From: Octopus bimaculoides | Lineage: Eukaryota | DNA length: 64,000 nucleotides | Direction: 5' to 3' | Assembly (NCBI RefSeq): GCF_001194135.2 | Contig: NC_068989.1 | Location: forward strand, 71,407,456 to 71,471,455 | Shown here: positions 14,387 to 26,050 of the stretch, piece by piece | Layout of the letters: the number at the start of each line of letters is the position of its first letter | Position numbering within the stretch: position 1 is the stretch's first letter | The notes under the pieces: generated by a model | What the model was told of the DNA's origin: nothing | What the model saw: only the letters and a program-made list of their open reading frames with translations | Database searches by the model: none | Position numbers and translations under genes: made by a program

Positions 14387-15829
14387 TTCACAACAGACTG
14401 CTTTCAGTCAACATCTACCAAATCCACTAAGAAGAGGCTTTGACAAGCCCAGAGCTATTATAGAAGACACTTAACTTACCCAAGATGTCAAGCAGTGGAA
14501 CTGAACCTGAAACCATGTGGTTGGGAAGCAGACTTCTTAACCACATATCTATGTCTATATATTTTATAATTTATACATTGCCATAACTGTACCAATAACC
14601 AGTTGCCAGAACTCAATACACTTTTAAATACATTTATTACTAACTACATTATTAGTAATTATAAGACCCATAATACATATTATATTCATGATACTTATAA
14701 TGTTTATCATACTCATAATGCATGGTATTACTAACCACCAATGGCCAGCAGGTGTGAGTAAATGATGACGAAACTACAACACATTGTACTGGCATTCAAC
14801 TCATGTGTGCATGACTTCTAATAGACAAAGCAGTTGTAAGTTAACGAAGGTGACTATGAAACTTTAATTAATACCATCTCCATACTTTCTGATTATAGTG
14901 CTGCTCTCCTTCCTTCCTGTATTTCCACTTATCACCTCCTCTTTCCTGAGCCACTCCCATTCTTTCACCTACCACCACACATACAGATATTTGCCATCGA
15001 TCACATCACCATCCTTGTTCCATCATTCTCTACATTCACCTCAACACCTATCACTAACCCATCTACTGCTTTCTTCACATGCTTTAATGAACTTATTCAC
15101 CTACCTTTCCTGATTCTTTGTTCATCTTCTCTCTCTCTCTAATACTGATTTTCTGGTATCTTAAAAGTATGCTCTGACATCCCTTGACCACCATCTTTGT
15201 CTTCTTTCAAGCTACTCCCACCCACCCTTATATAATGTGAGGTAGCCATGCGTCTCCTCTATAAGCAGACACCTGAGCCTGTCTCTCTATCAGTCTTCAG
15301 ACTCTCAACCCCTGACATTAAGCCACTTCCCTTTTCTACTTCAACCCCCACTCGGTTGAAGGGTCTTTTCCTTGGTCTTGCAAGTTACTTGGTGACCTTA
15401 CTATTGCCTGTGCCATGCAAAAACTACCCAGTATACTTTTTAAAGGGCATTCAGTCATAGTAACCATGCCAAAACATCCAACTGAAGCTCAACGCAGTCC
15501 TCCAGCTCATTGGATCCTATCAACCTGTCAAACCCATGTCAGCATGCAAGACATAAGTCAAATGATGATGATGATCATCATCATCATCATCAGTTGCGTA
15601 CTGGGGTCAAACTAATCGACTGGCCCTGCTCCCCCAAAATTTCAGGCCCTGTGCCTACAGTAGAAAAGAAATTANNNNNNNNNNAATCGACTGGCCCTGC
15701 TCCCCCAAAATTTCAGGCCCTGTGCCTACAGTAGAAAAGAAATTAGTACGCTGGACAAAATGCTAAGCGGATTTCGTCTGTCTTTACGTTCTGAGTTCAA
15801 ATTCTGCCGAGGTTGACTTTGTACTATAG

Positions 15830-16026
15830 GCACAAGGCCTGAAATTTGGAGGAAAGGATGAGTCAATTACATTGAGCCGGTGCTCAACTGGTACTTAATT
15901 TATCGACCCTGAAAGGATGAAAGGCAAAGTCAACCTGGGCAGAATTTGAACTCAGAATGTAAAGATAAATGAAACAGCACTAAACATTTTGTCTGGCATG
16001 CTAACGATTCTACCAGCTCACTGCCT
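15830..16026 (-). mobile_element. SINE family B copy
   Basis: Family B core and head; other copies at 2690-2840, 20975-21185, 30605-30720, 31310-31520, 32255-32345, 36325-36500. Confidence 0.8.
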
Positions 16027-16376
16027 TAACATAATAAACACGTTTGAAACAAGAAGAACCAAAACTAAAAATACAGCCAATATCCCAATATCCGAGACAA
16101 TGAAACATTCATAATAACAGCATCTCATAATATCTGAGGAGATGTCATTATTTGGTATTTGGTAACATTTACCATACTAGAAATAACTAATTTAACACTA
16201 AATGCTGTTATCAATATGTTCAATTTGAAAAAGAAAGCAATATATCTGACAAAATTGAAAAAGAAAACACTGTATACTCATAACGTTCAGTAACATTTAG
16301 CACTAAGTATGGCCAGGGATGGGGTCTCCCTACTTATTTGTTTTTTTTGTTTTTGTTTTATTTTATTCTTCTGCAG

Positions 16377-16634
16377 GTAGTGAATTGTCTAATAATGGGC
16401 ACTCTGCCACTGCTAAGTCACTCACTGACTTCTCAATTAATTAAGCATACTGGAGGTGAATTTATGAACCTAGAATTTATTTCCAAGAAGTAATTTTCAC
16501 ATCGTTTCGAGGAGAAATAACAGGAATTTATTGGTAGCGACTTGGACAATTTGAGCAGTAGTTCCTTCTTAAATAGTCCAGCCATGTCATTAGGAGTTAA
16601 TGATCTGCAGCGATCTTTACAAAATGAACAGTAA
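16377..16634 (+). CDS. Candidate exon in a unique island
   Basis: Strong polypyrimidine tract and CTGCAG acceptor; frames (G)SELSNNGHSATAKSLTDFSIN* (to 16444) and gccATG-MSLGVNDLQRSLQNE followed by CA|GTAAAC (16584-16630). Confidence 0.3.
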
Positions 16635-17149
16635 ACTGGTGAAACCTTTACGAGAATCAGTCAGTTATATAATCATTGTTAAACATATATATGAGGGCCA
16701 TTCAGAGATTTGGGGTTGAAAGACTACGTGAAAATATAGATATAGAGTAACTACAGTGTTTTATCAATATCCTCTGTCTCTTTTTTACGTAAATATATAT
16801 ATATATATACACACACACACATACACATACTTACATACACACATATATGTAGGTATATATATTTACAAACAAACACACATATTAGACAGACGGATAAATA
16901 GATAGGGAGATAGGTAGATAGATAGATGGATAGACAGACAGACAGACAACTAATATAGATATATACATAGACACATATATGTATATACAAACAGATAGGG
17001 AGATAGATAGATGGATAGACAAACAGACAGATGACTAATATAGATATATACATAGACACATATGTATATACAAACACGTATACATGCATGCATACACATA
17101 TACATGTTCATATACACACACATACACACAGTGGTGGATCAAGTTTACA

Positions 17150-17187
<38 letters not shown>

Positions 17188-17809
17188 TAGTTGCTTAGAA
17201 CAATGTTTGGCTCTGATCAAACCGATATCTGAACAATGGTATTACAGCCAGTTTTCAAATGTATTCTTCCTCTCTAAGAGGGTAGTGTGGGATTTGAGGG
17301 AGTAATTGTTGCTATTTTTAACAGGTTGTGTATCATACCGACAAATACAATTTTACTCGATACAGCTATTGGCCTGTGGCCATGATGGAGCATCACCTCG
17401 TAGAATTAGTTGAACGAATTGACACCAGTACTTATACTATCAATCGCTTGTTTAGTACTTATTCTATCAATCTCTTTGGCAAACTACTAAGTCATGGAAA
17501 CATTAGCTACCTAACACCAGTTACGAAGCTGTGGGTGACAAACACAAACACACACATATGCAAAAATATGCCATAAAACACCCAGTAGACTCTGTAAAGT
17601 GGTTGGCATTAGGAAGGGCATCCAGCCATAGAAACCAAATCAAAACAAATAACTGGAACCTGGCTTACCAGTTCCAGTCAAGCCATCTAACCCATGCCAG
17701 CATGAAAAACCAACATTAAATGATGATGATGGTATATCTATATATATCTACACACACACACACACAGACACTCACACACACTTGCACACAGAGACACTCA
17801 CACACACTT

Positions 17810-17849
<40 letters not shown>

Positions 17850-18381
17850 ATCTTTGTTTTTATATTGAGTTATAATAAAAACAATTTTTTATTAAGCTGA
17901 AGGATCACTCAATCTTTTTTTGTAGAGTGTAAATTTATTACAATTCTATACTTCTGAGATGAGGAATATATTATTCCTTAACAAGAACAGTATTGACAGT
18001 GACTTTGAAGTTATAGCTCATATACGATGGGCTTCCATACAGTTTCCATCTACTCCAAATTCATTCACAAGGCATTGATGGGGCTATGATAGAAGACACT
18101 TGTGCAAGGTGCCACACAGTGGAACTTAACACGAAACCATGCAGTTGTAGAGCAAGCTTCTTAATCACACAGCTACGTCTGTGCCCACGGTTTGTAATAT
18201 AAGACATGTTTTCCTAAACAGAACCAATGTTACAATAAAGAGCGAGAGGTTGATTTACAAGAAGTTGGTGACAAAGACACAATAGCTTTACAAATTGACA
18301 TATCGGCAAAACAACATAGTAAAGTATTCCGAAACAATTATTCGACCATGTTGAACAGATTTCATGAACATAATAATAATG

Positions 18382-18425
<44 letters not shown>

Positions 18426-18719
18426 TATTATTATTATTATTATTATTATTATCATGAACAACAACAGACGATAACGACAAACAAAATGACAAAGGGTAAT
18501 TAATCTTGTGTTGTAATGAAGACACAGAAGAGAATTTTACATTTCAGACAGTGGTGCTTTGTCAAGAAAAGAGAGAAAAGAAATAAGAAAGAAAATTTTT
18601 TTAGAAATTAATAGAAACTAATGAATGTAGTGGGTGTAGATGTGGCTTGTTTGGTTAAGAAGCTTGGTTTGAAATTACATGGTTCCGGGTTCAGTCCCAC
18701 TGTGTGGAAGTCTGTAGCA

Positions 18720-18754
<35 letters not shown>

Positions 18755-18876
18755 ATGTGCATGTATGTATGTGTGTGAGTATGCATGTATATGTTAGTAT
18801 GCATGTATATTTGTGTGTATGTATGCATGTGTATATGTTTGTGCATATATATGTATATGTTTGTGCATATATGTAT

Positions 18877-19254
18877 ACTCTTTTATTTGTTTCAGTCATT
18901 TGACTGCGGCCATGCTGGAGCACCGCTTTTAGTCGAGCAAATCGACCCCGGGACTTATTCTTTGTAAGCCTAGTACTTATTCTATCAGTCTGTTTTGCCG
19001 AACCGCTAAGTGACGGAGACATAAACACACCAGCATCGGTTGTCAAGCAATGCTAGGGGGACAAACACACACACATATACATATATATATATACATATAT
19101 ACGACGGGCTTCTTTCAGTTTCCGTCTACCAAATCCACTCACAAGGCATTGGTCGGCCCGAGGCTATAGTAGAAGATACTTGCCCAAGGTGCCACGCAGT
19201 GGGGTTGAACCCGGAACCATGTGGTTGATAAGCAAGCTACTTACCACACAGCCA
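18877..19254 (-). mobile_element. SINE family A copy (young, CpG-rich)
   Basis: Reverse-complement match to family A with CpGs retained. Confidence 0.9.
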
Positions 19255-19795
19255 AAGTGTGTATATGTGAATTTATGTATGTATAGCTGTGTAGTTAAGA
19301 AACTTGAATTGGAACCACATGGTTAGTGGTTCAGTCCCATTCTATGGATGTCTTTTGGCTGATGTTCTCTACTACAAATACAGGTCGACCACTTCCTTGT
19401 GTTTGAAATGAGCTAAGAGACACTGGAAGAAGCCCATCATGTGTATATAAATATGTTTGTATATGAGTGTCTATGCATGTGAGTGTATGTGCGTGTGTGT
19501 GTGTGTGAGTGTGTACATGACTAAATGTGTATTTCCCCTTTGCCCAGACATATGTGCATGTTGACTGCAAACAGAAGCACCATCATTCATACAGATGGTG
19601 TCATTTGCTTGCAGTGCACCATGAAAGCATATCTGGATTGTTTCTTTTATTTTCAGTGGTCTAGGGAATTGTTACTTAGCTTGGAAACAGGTGAGGTTTG
19701 GCATCAGGAAAAGCATCCAACCATAAAATAAAACTCTATGCTTCAACTAGTTTTATCTGCTTCATCAAGCAACCATGGAAAAGTAGACCTTTAAA

Positions 19796-20040
19796 CGATG
19801 ATGATGATGACGACGATGGTGATAATGATGATGATGACAATGATGATGACGACAATGATGATGACAACGGCGATCATGATAATGATGACAATGATGATGA
19901 TGATGTTGATGATGGTGACAGTAATGATGATAATGATGACGTTGACAACGATGATGGTGATAATAACAATGATGATGAAAACATTGATGATGATGATGAT
20001 GATGATGACGATGACGCAATGACAACAATGATGAGATCAT
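19796..20040 (+). repeat. Degenerate (GAT/GAC)n tract seeded at a LINE/SINE tail
   Basis: Follows GACCTTTAAAC tail motif. Confidence 0.9.
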
Positions 20041-20175
20041 TTCTGATATTGTTGTTTGGACTGCAAATCAGCCCTGATTGAACAGATAACAATTTTTTTG
20101 GAAGACAATCAAGTCATGACCTTTCTATCTTTTTATTTATATTTTTATTTATGCATTTGATTATTATCATTATTA

Positions 20176-20224
<49 letters not shown>

Positions 20225-20835
20225 TTGCATGAATAGTGTATCAAGCACTGCCTTAAATTACATTTTCAAATGTGTCCTTCCTTTTTTTTTTATATATATA
20301 TTTTTAATATAATTAAATGCGATTTGAGGGAAGATTTCNNNNNNNNNNNNNNNNNNNNNNNNNNNNNNNNNNNNNNNNNNNNNNNNNNNNNNNNNNNNNN
20401 NNNNNNNNNNNNNNNNNNNNNNNNNNNNNNNNNNNNNNNNNNNNNNNNNNNNNNNNNNNNNNNNNNNNNNNNNNNNNNNNNNNNNNNNNNNNNNNNNNNN
20501 NNNNNNNNNNNNNNNNNNNNNNNNNNNNNNNNNNNNNNNNNNNNNNNNNNNNNNNNNNNNNNNNNNNNNNNNNNNNNNNNNNNNNNNNNNNNNNNNNNNN
20601 NNNNNNNNNNNNNNNNNNNNNNNNNNNNNNNNNNNNNNNNNNNNNNNNNNNNNNNNNNNNNNNNNNNNNNNNNNNNNNNNNNNNNNNNNNNNNNNNNNNN
20701 NNNNNNNNNNNNNNNNNNNNNNNNNNNNNNNNNNNNNNNNNNNNNNNNNNNNNNNNNNNNNNNNNNNNACAAAATTTCAGGCCTTGTACATATTGTAGAA
20801 AGGATTATTACTATTATTATTATCTTTATTATTAT

Positions 20836-20950
20836 TATTATTGTTCAGTAGTTTTATTTTTATAACGTGCTTTCACTTCAAGGCGCACAGAGCTGCGCTC
20901 GGTAGTGAAGTGAAAGCATGTTATAAAAATAAAACTACTGAACAATAATA
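20836..20950. repeat. Short near-perfect palindrome (45-bp arms) in (TAA)n
   Basis: TTCAGTAGTTTTATTTTTATAACGTGCTTTCACTTCA / TGAAGTGAAAGCATGTTATAAAAATAAAACTACTGAA; loop plus one arm recur at 23546-23622. Confidence 0.85.
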
Positions 20951-21225
20951 ATAATAATAAAGATAATAATAATAGTAATAATCCTTTCTACAATATGTAC
21001 AAGGCCTGAAATTTTGTTGGGAGGGAGTTAATCGATTACATTGACTTCAGTGCTGAACTGGTACTTATTTCTCAATCCCCGAAAGGACGAAAGGTAAAGC
21101 CAACCTCAGTGGAACCCAGAACCTAAGGACAAACAAAATGGTGCTAAGCATTTGGTCCAGTGTGCTAACGATTCAGCCAGCTCACATTGTCATCGTCATC
21201 ATCACTACCATAACTACCACCATCA

Positions 21226-21229
21226 GCAA

Positions 21230-21260
<31 letters not shown>

Positions 21261-21353
21261 TGGAAGAAGAAGAAGAAGAAGAAGAAGAAGAAGAAGAAGA
21301 AGAAGAAGAAGAAGAAGAAGAAGAAGAGGAAGGAGAGGAAGAAGAAGAAGAAG
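21226..21353 (+). repeat. (GAA)n microsatellite
   Basis: Direct inspection. Confidence 0.95.
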
Positions 21354-21612
21354 AATCCTTTCTCCTGTAGGCACACGGCCTGAATTAATAATAATAATTA
21401 TAGTAATAATGATTCCTATTATTGGTTTATTGGCCACAAGGCCCCAAGACATGGAGGACGAGTTACAGCACACAAAAACAAAACAAAAAATACAAAAAAA
21501 GCAGGTGGGGTTTACATCAATCAAAGGGAGATACTACCATGTTAAAGGATATAACAGAAATTAGAGAAATAAATGATAAATAAATGAAAATAATAATAAT
21601 AACATCCATTCT

Positions 21613-22198
21613 CGCTACATGGTATGGTCATGTAGCGAAAATGGATGAGGATAGCAGTGTGAAAAAGTGCCACACCCTAGCAGTTGAGTGAACCTGTGGA
21701 AGAGGTAGACCCAGGAAGACCTGGGATGAGGTGGTGAAGCACGACCTTCGAACATTGGGCCTCACCGAGGCGAAGACTTTTGACCGAGACCTTTGGAAAT
21801 ATGCTGTGCATGAGAAGACCCGGCAAGCCAAGTGAGACCTAAATCTAAGGCCTCTGCCAGGGGAGTAGCCAGCCACTTATGCGTACCTTTCCTTCATTGG
21901 ACACTAAACTCCACTTGTGTAGACCTGTTGAGGCAAGTGAAATCGAGATCGAACTAAATTCGACGACTGGCACCCATGCCAATGTCGTCTCCCTCATTGG
22001 ACACGAAACTCAGCTTGCGAAGACTTATTGGGGCAAGCGAAAGCGAAATTGTGATGGCACCTGTACCCAGCGTCGCCTTTCTGGCACTTGTGCCCGCGGC
22101 ATGTGTACGGACTTTCGAGCGAGATCGTTGCCAGTGCCCCTAGACTGGCTCTTGTGCAGGTGGCACGTAAAATACACCATTTTGAGCATGGCCGTTGC
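21613..22198 (+). mobile_element. 5'-truncated RTE-clade LINE, ORF end plus 3' UTR (runs into gap)
   Basis: WYGHVAKMDEDSSVKKCHTLAVE*TCGRGRPRKTWDEVVKHDLRTLGLTEAKTFDRDLWKYAVHEKTRQAK* (stop 21833-21835); homologous to the 58.8-59.0 kb copy. Confidence 0.9.
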
Positions 22199-22913
22199 NN
22201 NNNNNNNNNNNNNNNNNNNNNNNNNNNNNNNNNNNNNNNNNNNNNNNNNNNNNNNNNNNNNNNNNNNNNNNNNNNNNNNNNNNNNNNNNNNNNNNNNNNN
22301 NNNNNNNNNNNNNNNNNNNNNNNNNNNNNNNNNNNNNNNNNNNNNNNNNNNNNNNNNNNNNNNNNNNNNNNNNNNNNNNNNNNNNNNNNNNNNNNNNNNN
22401 NNNNNNNNNNNNNNNNNNNNNNNNNNNNNNNNNNNNNNNNNNNNNNNNNNNNNNNNNNNNNNNNNNNNNNNNNNNNNNNNNNNNNNNNNNNNNNNNNNNN
22501 NNNNNNNNNNNNNNNNNNNNNNNNNNNNNNNNNNNNNNNNNNNNNNNNNNNNNNNNNNNNNNNNNNNNNNNNNNNNNNNNNNNNNNNNNNNNNNNNNNNN
22601 NNNNNNNNNNNNNNNNNNNNNNNNNNNNNNNNNNNNNNNNNNNNNNNNNNNNNNNNNNNNNNNNNNNNNNNNNNNNNNNNNNNNNNNNNNNNNNNNNNNN
22701 NNNNNNNNNNNNNNNNNNNNNNNNNNNNNNNNNNNNNNNNNNNNNNNNNNNNNNNNNNNNNNNNNNNNNNNNNNNNNNNNNNNNNNNNNNNNNNNNNNNN
22801 NNNNNNNNNNNNNNNNNNNNNNNNNNNNNNNNNNNNNNNNNNNNNNNNNNNNNNNNNNNNNNNNNNNNNNNNNNNNNNNNNNNNNNNNNNNNNNNNNTGA
22901 ATGGATGTTGTTT

Positions 22914-23131
22914 TCACAGCAATAATGCTCTTCTCAGTACATGAGTTGTTCCAGTTAACACGATTTTTTGCACTTCCTGTAGGGATGGTAAGCCTGGAAT
23001 CATTTTCAAATAGGTTTCAGTACCTTTTTTTTATCATTCCTAGAGATCCTAGGTATGGTAGTCGCCTTGAGGTGCCACATTTTTTCAATTTCTATTAGCA
23101 AGTCTTTATATTTACTGATCTTGTTAAATTC
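22914..23131 (-). mobile_element. R4/Dong-clade RLE C-terminal fragment
   Basis: EFNKISKYKDLLIEIEKMWHLKATTIP / GSLGMIKKGTETYLKMIPGLPSLQEVQKIVLTGTTHVLRRALLL*; 5' side abuts (TAA)n at 23138-23217. Confidence 0.8.
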
Positions 23132-23214
23132 TTGTTATGATTATTATTATTATTATTCTTGTTATTATTATTATTATTATTATCATCATCATTATTATTA
23201 TTATTATTATTATT

Positions 23215-23445
23215 ATTTTATTGCCAACAGGGGGATAAACATAAGGGGGACAAACAAGGACAGACAACGGGATTAAGTCAATTACATTGACCCCAGTGCG
23301 TAACTGGTACTTATTTAATTGACCCCAGAAGGAGGAAAAGGAAAGTCAACCTCAGCAGAATTTGAACCCAGTATGTAGCAGCAGACGAAATACCACCAAC
23401 CATTTTGCCCAGTGTGCTAATGATTCTACCAGCTTGCTGCCTTAC
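23215..23445 (-). mobile_element. SINE family B copy
   Basis: Homologous to 63115-63335; (TAA)n on both sides. Confidence 0.8.
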
Positions 23446-23448
23446 AAC

Positions 23449-23487
<39 letters not shown>

Positions 23488-23657
23488 TAATAACACTTTC
23501 AATACAGTAACCATAAGAGCATCACAGCAAACCACAGCACATACCCAAGGCACACAGAGCTGCGCTCGGTAGTGAAGTGAAAGCACGTTATAAAAATAAA
23601 ACTACTGAATAATAATAATAATATCTTAACTCCCTTACATTCATCTCTTTTCCATTC

Positions 23658-23710
<53 letters not shown>

Positions 23711-23811
23711 CCTCTGCACCCAGTTTCTTATCTCTGATTCCCAGTTTCGTTGGCTGAGACTTAGAAGAGATTTATCTAATAACTTAACTGGTAAACCCGA
23801 AACTCAGGGGA

Positions 23812-23870
23812 AATAGCCAATAGGAAACGGTTTAGCAACTGTAATCAAGCAAAATAGCCAATAGAAATCA
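23812..23870 (+). promoter_or_regulatory. Paired CCAAT boxes (NF-Y-like)
   Basis: AAATAGCCAATAG twice, CCAAT at 23817 and 23858 (41 bp apart). Confidence 0.3.
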
Positions 23871-24716
23871 ATGTAGCAATGCTTAATAATCAGGATAATC
23901 AGAAGCAATATATTTCTGAGCTTCATTTCAAGTATTGAAGATATTAATTACACATGCCAACCAAAAGTCCTCTTGTGGATAATTGGCAGTTCTGGGACAG
24001 CTGTCAACCTGGCCATTTTGTGTGTGTGCGTGTATCTGATGTACATATACATATGCATATATATGTATATGTACACACACACAAATATACAAACATATGT
24101 ATATATATATATATATACATATACATACACATATGTACACACACACATATATATATATACACAAACAATACAGACATTCAAAATGTGTGTGTATGTATAT
24201 ATATACGTATATATATGTAGATATACATATATGTATGTATATATACATAGATATTTGATTTTTATAGATCTCTAATCTATTTTTCACCTATATATATATA
24301 TATCTGTACGTATGTCTATATACATGTGTATACACACACACACACATGTATATGTCCTTCCCTTTGCTTCTTTTATGAAAATAATTCTATATCAATAATC
24401 TGTCTCCTTTCAGACTCTGTGAATGACAGAGAGAGGGGGGGTGACAGAAAGAGAGAAAGAGAAAAGTAAAGTGAGAGAAGAGAGAGATAGACAAGGAAAG
24501 AAAAGCAGAGAAAGTGAGATGGCATATCAGTGATAACTCATCTTTTGTTTGTGTGGAGACTGAAGTAAGCTGATTGCATCTTCTATTTTTTTTTTGTTTT
24601 TTTTGTTTTTTGTTCTCTTATGGAGGCGGAGTATCAAATAGAGATTTGAGTAGATTTCTATTTGATGATATAAAGTTTTACGGGGAGTGGGTGGAGAAGC
24701 TGTGAAATAAGAGATC

Positions 24717-24920
24717 ATGAGTTCAGATCTCAATGTAGAATGTCCAAGGGGAAAGGACAATTCCTGTTTCTTAGCTAACACTTCCATGTTTGTTAAACAA
24801 GTACATGATGATGATGATGGTGAAGACAAGATGACGATGCGGGAGTGGATGAGAAAACAGGAGGAGGACATTGCCGATGCCAACAACAGCACCTTAGCCT
24901 CTGCCAGAGACAAAATACGT
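24717..24920 (+). CDS. Candidate coding island, product unknown
   Basis: Non-repetitive ORF MSSDLNVECPRGKDNSCFLANTSMFVKQVHDDDDGEDKMTMREWMRKQEEDIADANNSTLASARDKIR; a minus-strand acceptor reading is also possible, so strand is uncertain. Confidence 0.25.
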
Positions 24921-25554
24921 TTTATATCAAGTTTTCATTTATATCCTGAAGTGTCAAACTTTTCATCACACTTCTGCATCCTGGTCATTGAGACAGCTCC
25001 ACTGCAGAATTACAATGAAAATTTTTTTATGCCTCAATTAATAAAACATAAAGCAAATATAACACTGTATCTGTGTTCTAAAAGGAGATGAAATGGTTCT
25101 TCTACCATGAAATTGCTTCATTATTTTAACATGTGGTACCCACCCCCACCTCAGATCAAGTCATTTTCCATCACAATTCTTCACAATTTACTACGAGGTA
25201 GAATATACATAGTGGAGCAAGGTGGAAGGGAATATAGTTGATATCTTCATCATCACCACCAGCCAATAGTACTGGAGTACAGGTGTGGCTGTGTGGTTAA
25301 GAAATTTGCTTCCTAACCACATGGTTTCAAGTTCAGTCTCACTAGTGACCTGAGCCAACCAATGTCTTATGAGAGGAGTTGGTACATGAAAACTGAAAGA
25401 AGCCTATCATAATATGTAAACAACCTTGTAACATTTTGTTTTTCCATGATATTTTATATGATTGATAGTTTTTCATTTAAGAAAATCTCTTTTCAAATAC
25501 TGTGATTGCATCAATGATTATTCAAAGAACAATTATTCAAAGTTCTTTGAATAA

Positions 25555-26050
25555 TTGTAAGAAGTTTGCTTCTAAACCATATGGTTCCAAGTTCAGTCCC
25601 AATGTGTGGTACTTGGGTAAGTGTCTTCCACTCTAGCCTCAAGCCAGCCAAAGCCTTGTGAGTGGATTTGATAGATAGAAACTAAAAGAAGCCTGTCATA
25701 TATATNNNNNNNNNNNNNNNNNNNNNNNNNNNNNNNNNNNNNNNNNNNNNNNNNNNNNNNNNNNNNNNNNNNNNNNNNNNNNNNNNNNNNNNNNNNNATG
25801 TATGTATGTATGTATGTATGTATATCCATGTATGTATGTTTATGTGAGTGTCTTTGAGTCCCCACTCCCCATCCCTGCTTGACGACCAGTGTTGGCCTGT
25901 TTACATCCCCATAACTTAGTGATTCAGTAACAGATATGAATACACTAAGTACCAGGTTTACAAAAAAATAAATATTAGGGTCAATTCATCTGACTAAAAT
26001 TCTTCAAGGTGGTGCTCCCACATGGCCACACACTACTGATTGAAACAAGT
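25555..26050 (+). mobile_element. SINE family A copy (gapped)
   Basis: Head and tail motifs either side of an N-run. Confidence 0.75.

Noticed and set aside
14880-15370. CT-rich tract shared loosely with 4640-5100, 37990-38160 and 46990-47300, considered as a Penelope 3' end
   Set aside because: No GIY-YIG or hammerhead motif could be read; left as an unclassified degenerate repeat
15614-15745. 61-bp exact direct repeat
   Set aside because: Copies sit on either side of a 10-N gap: unmerged contig overlap, an assembly artefact
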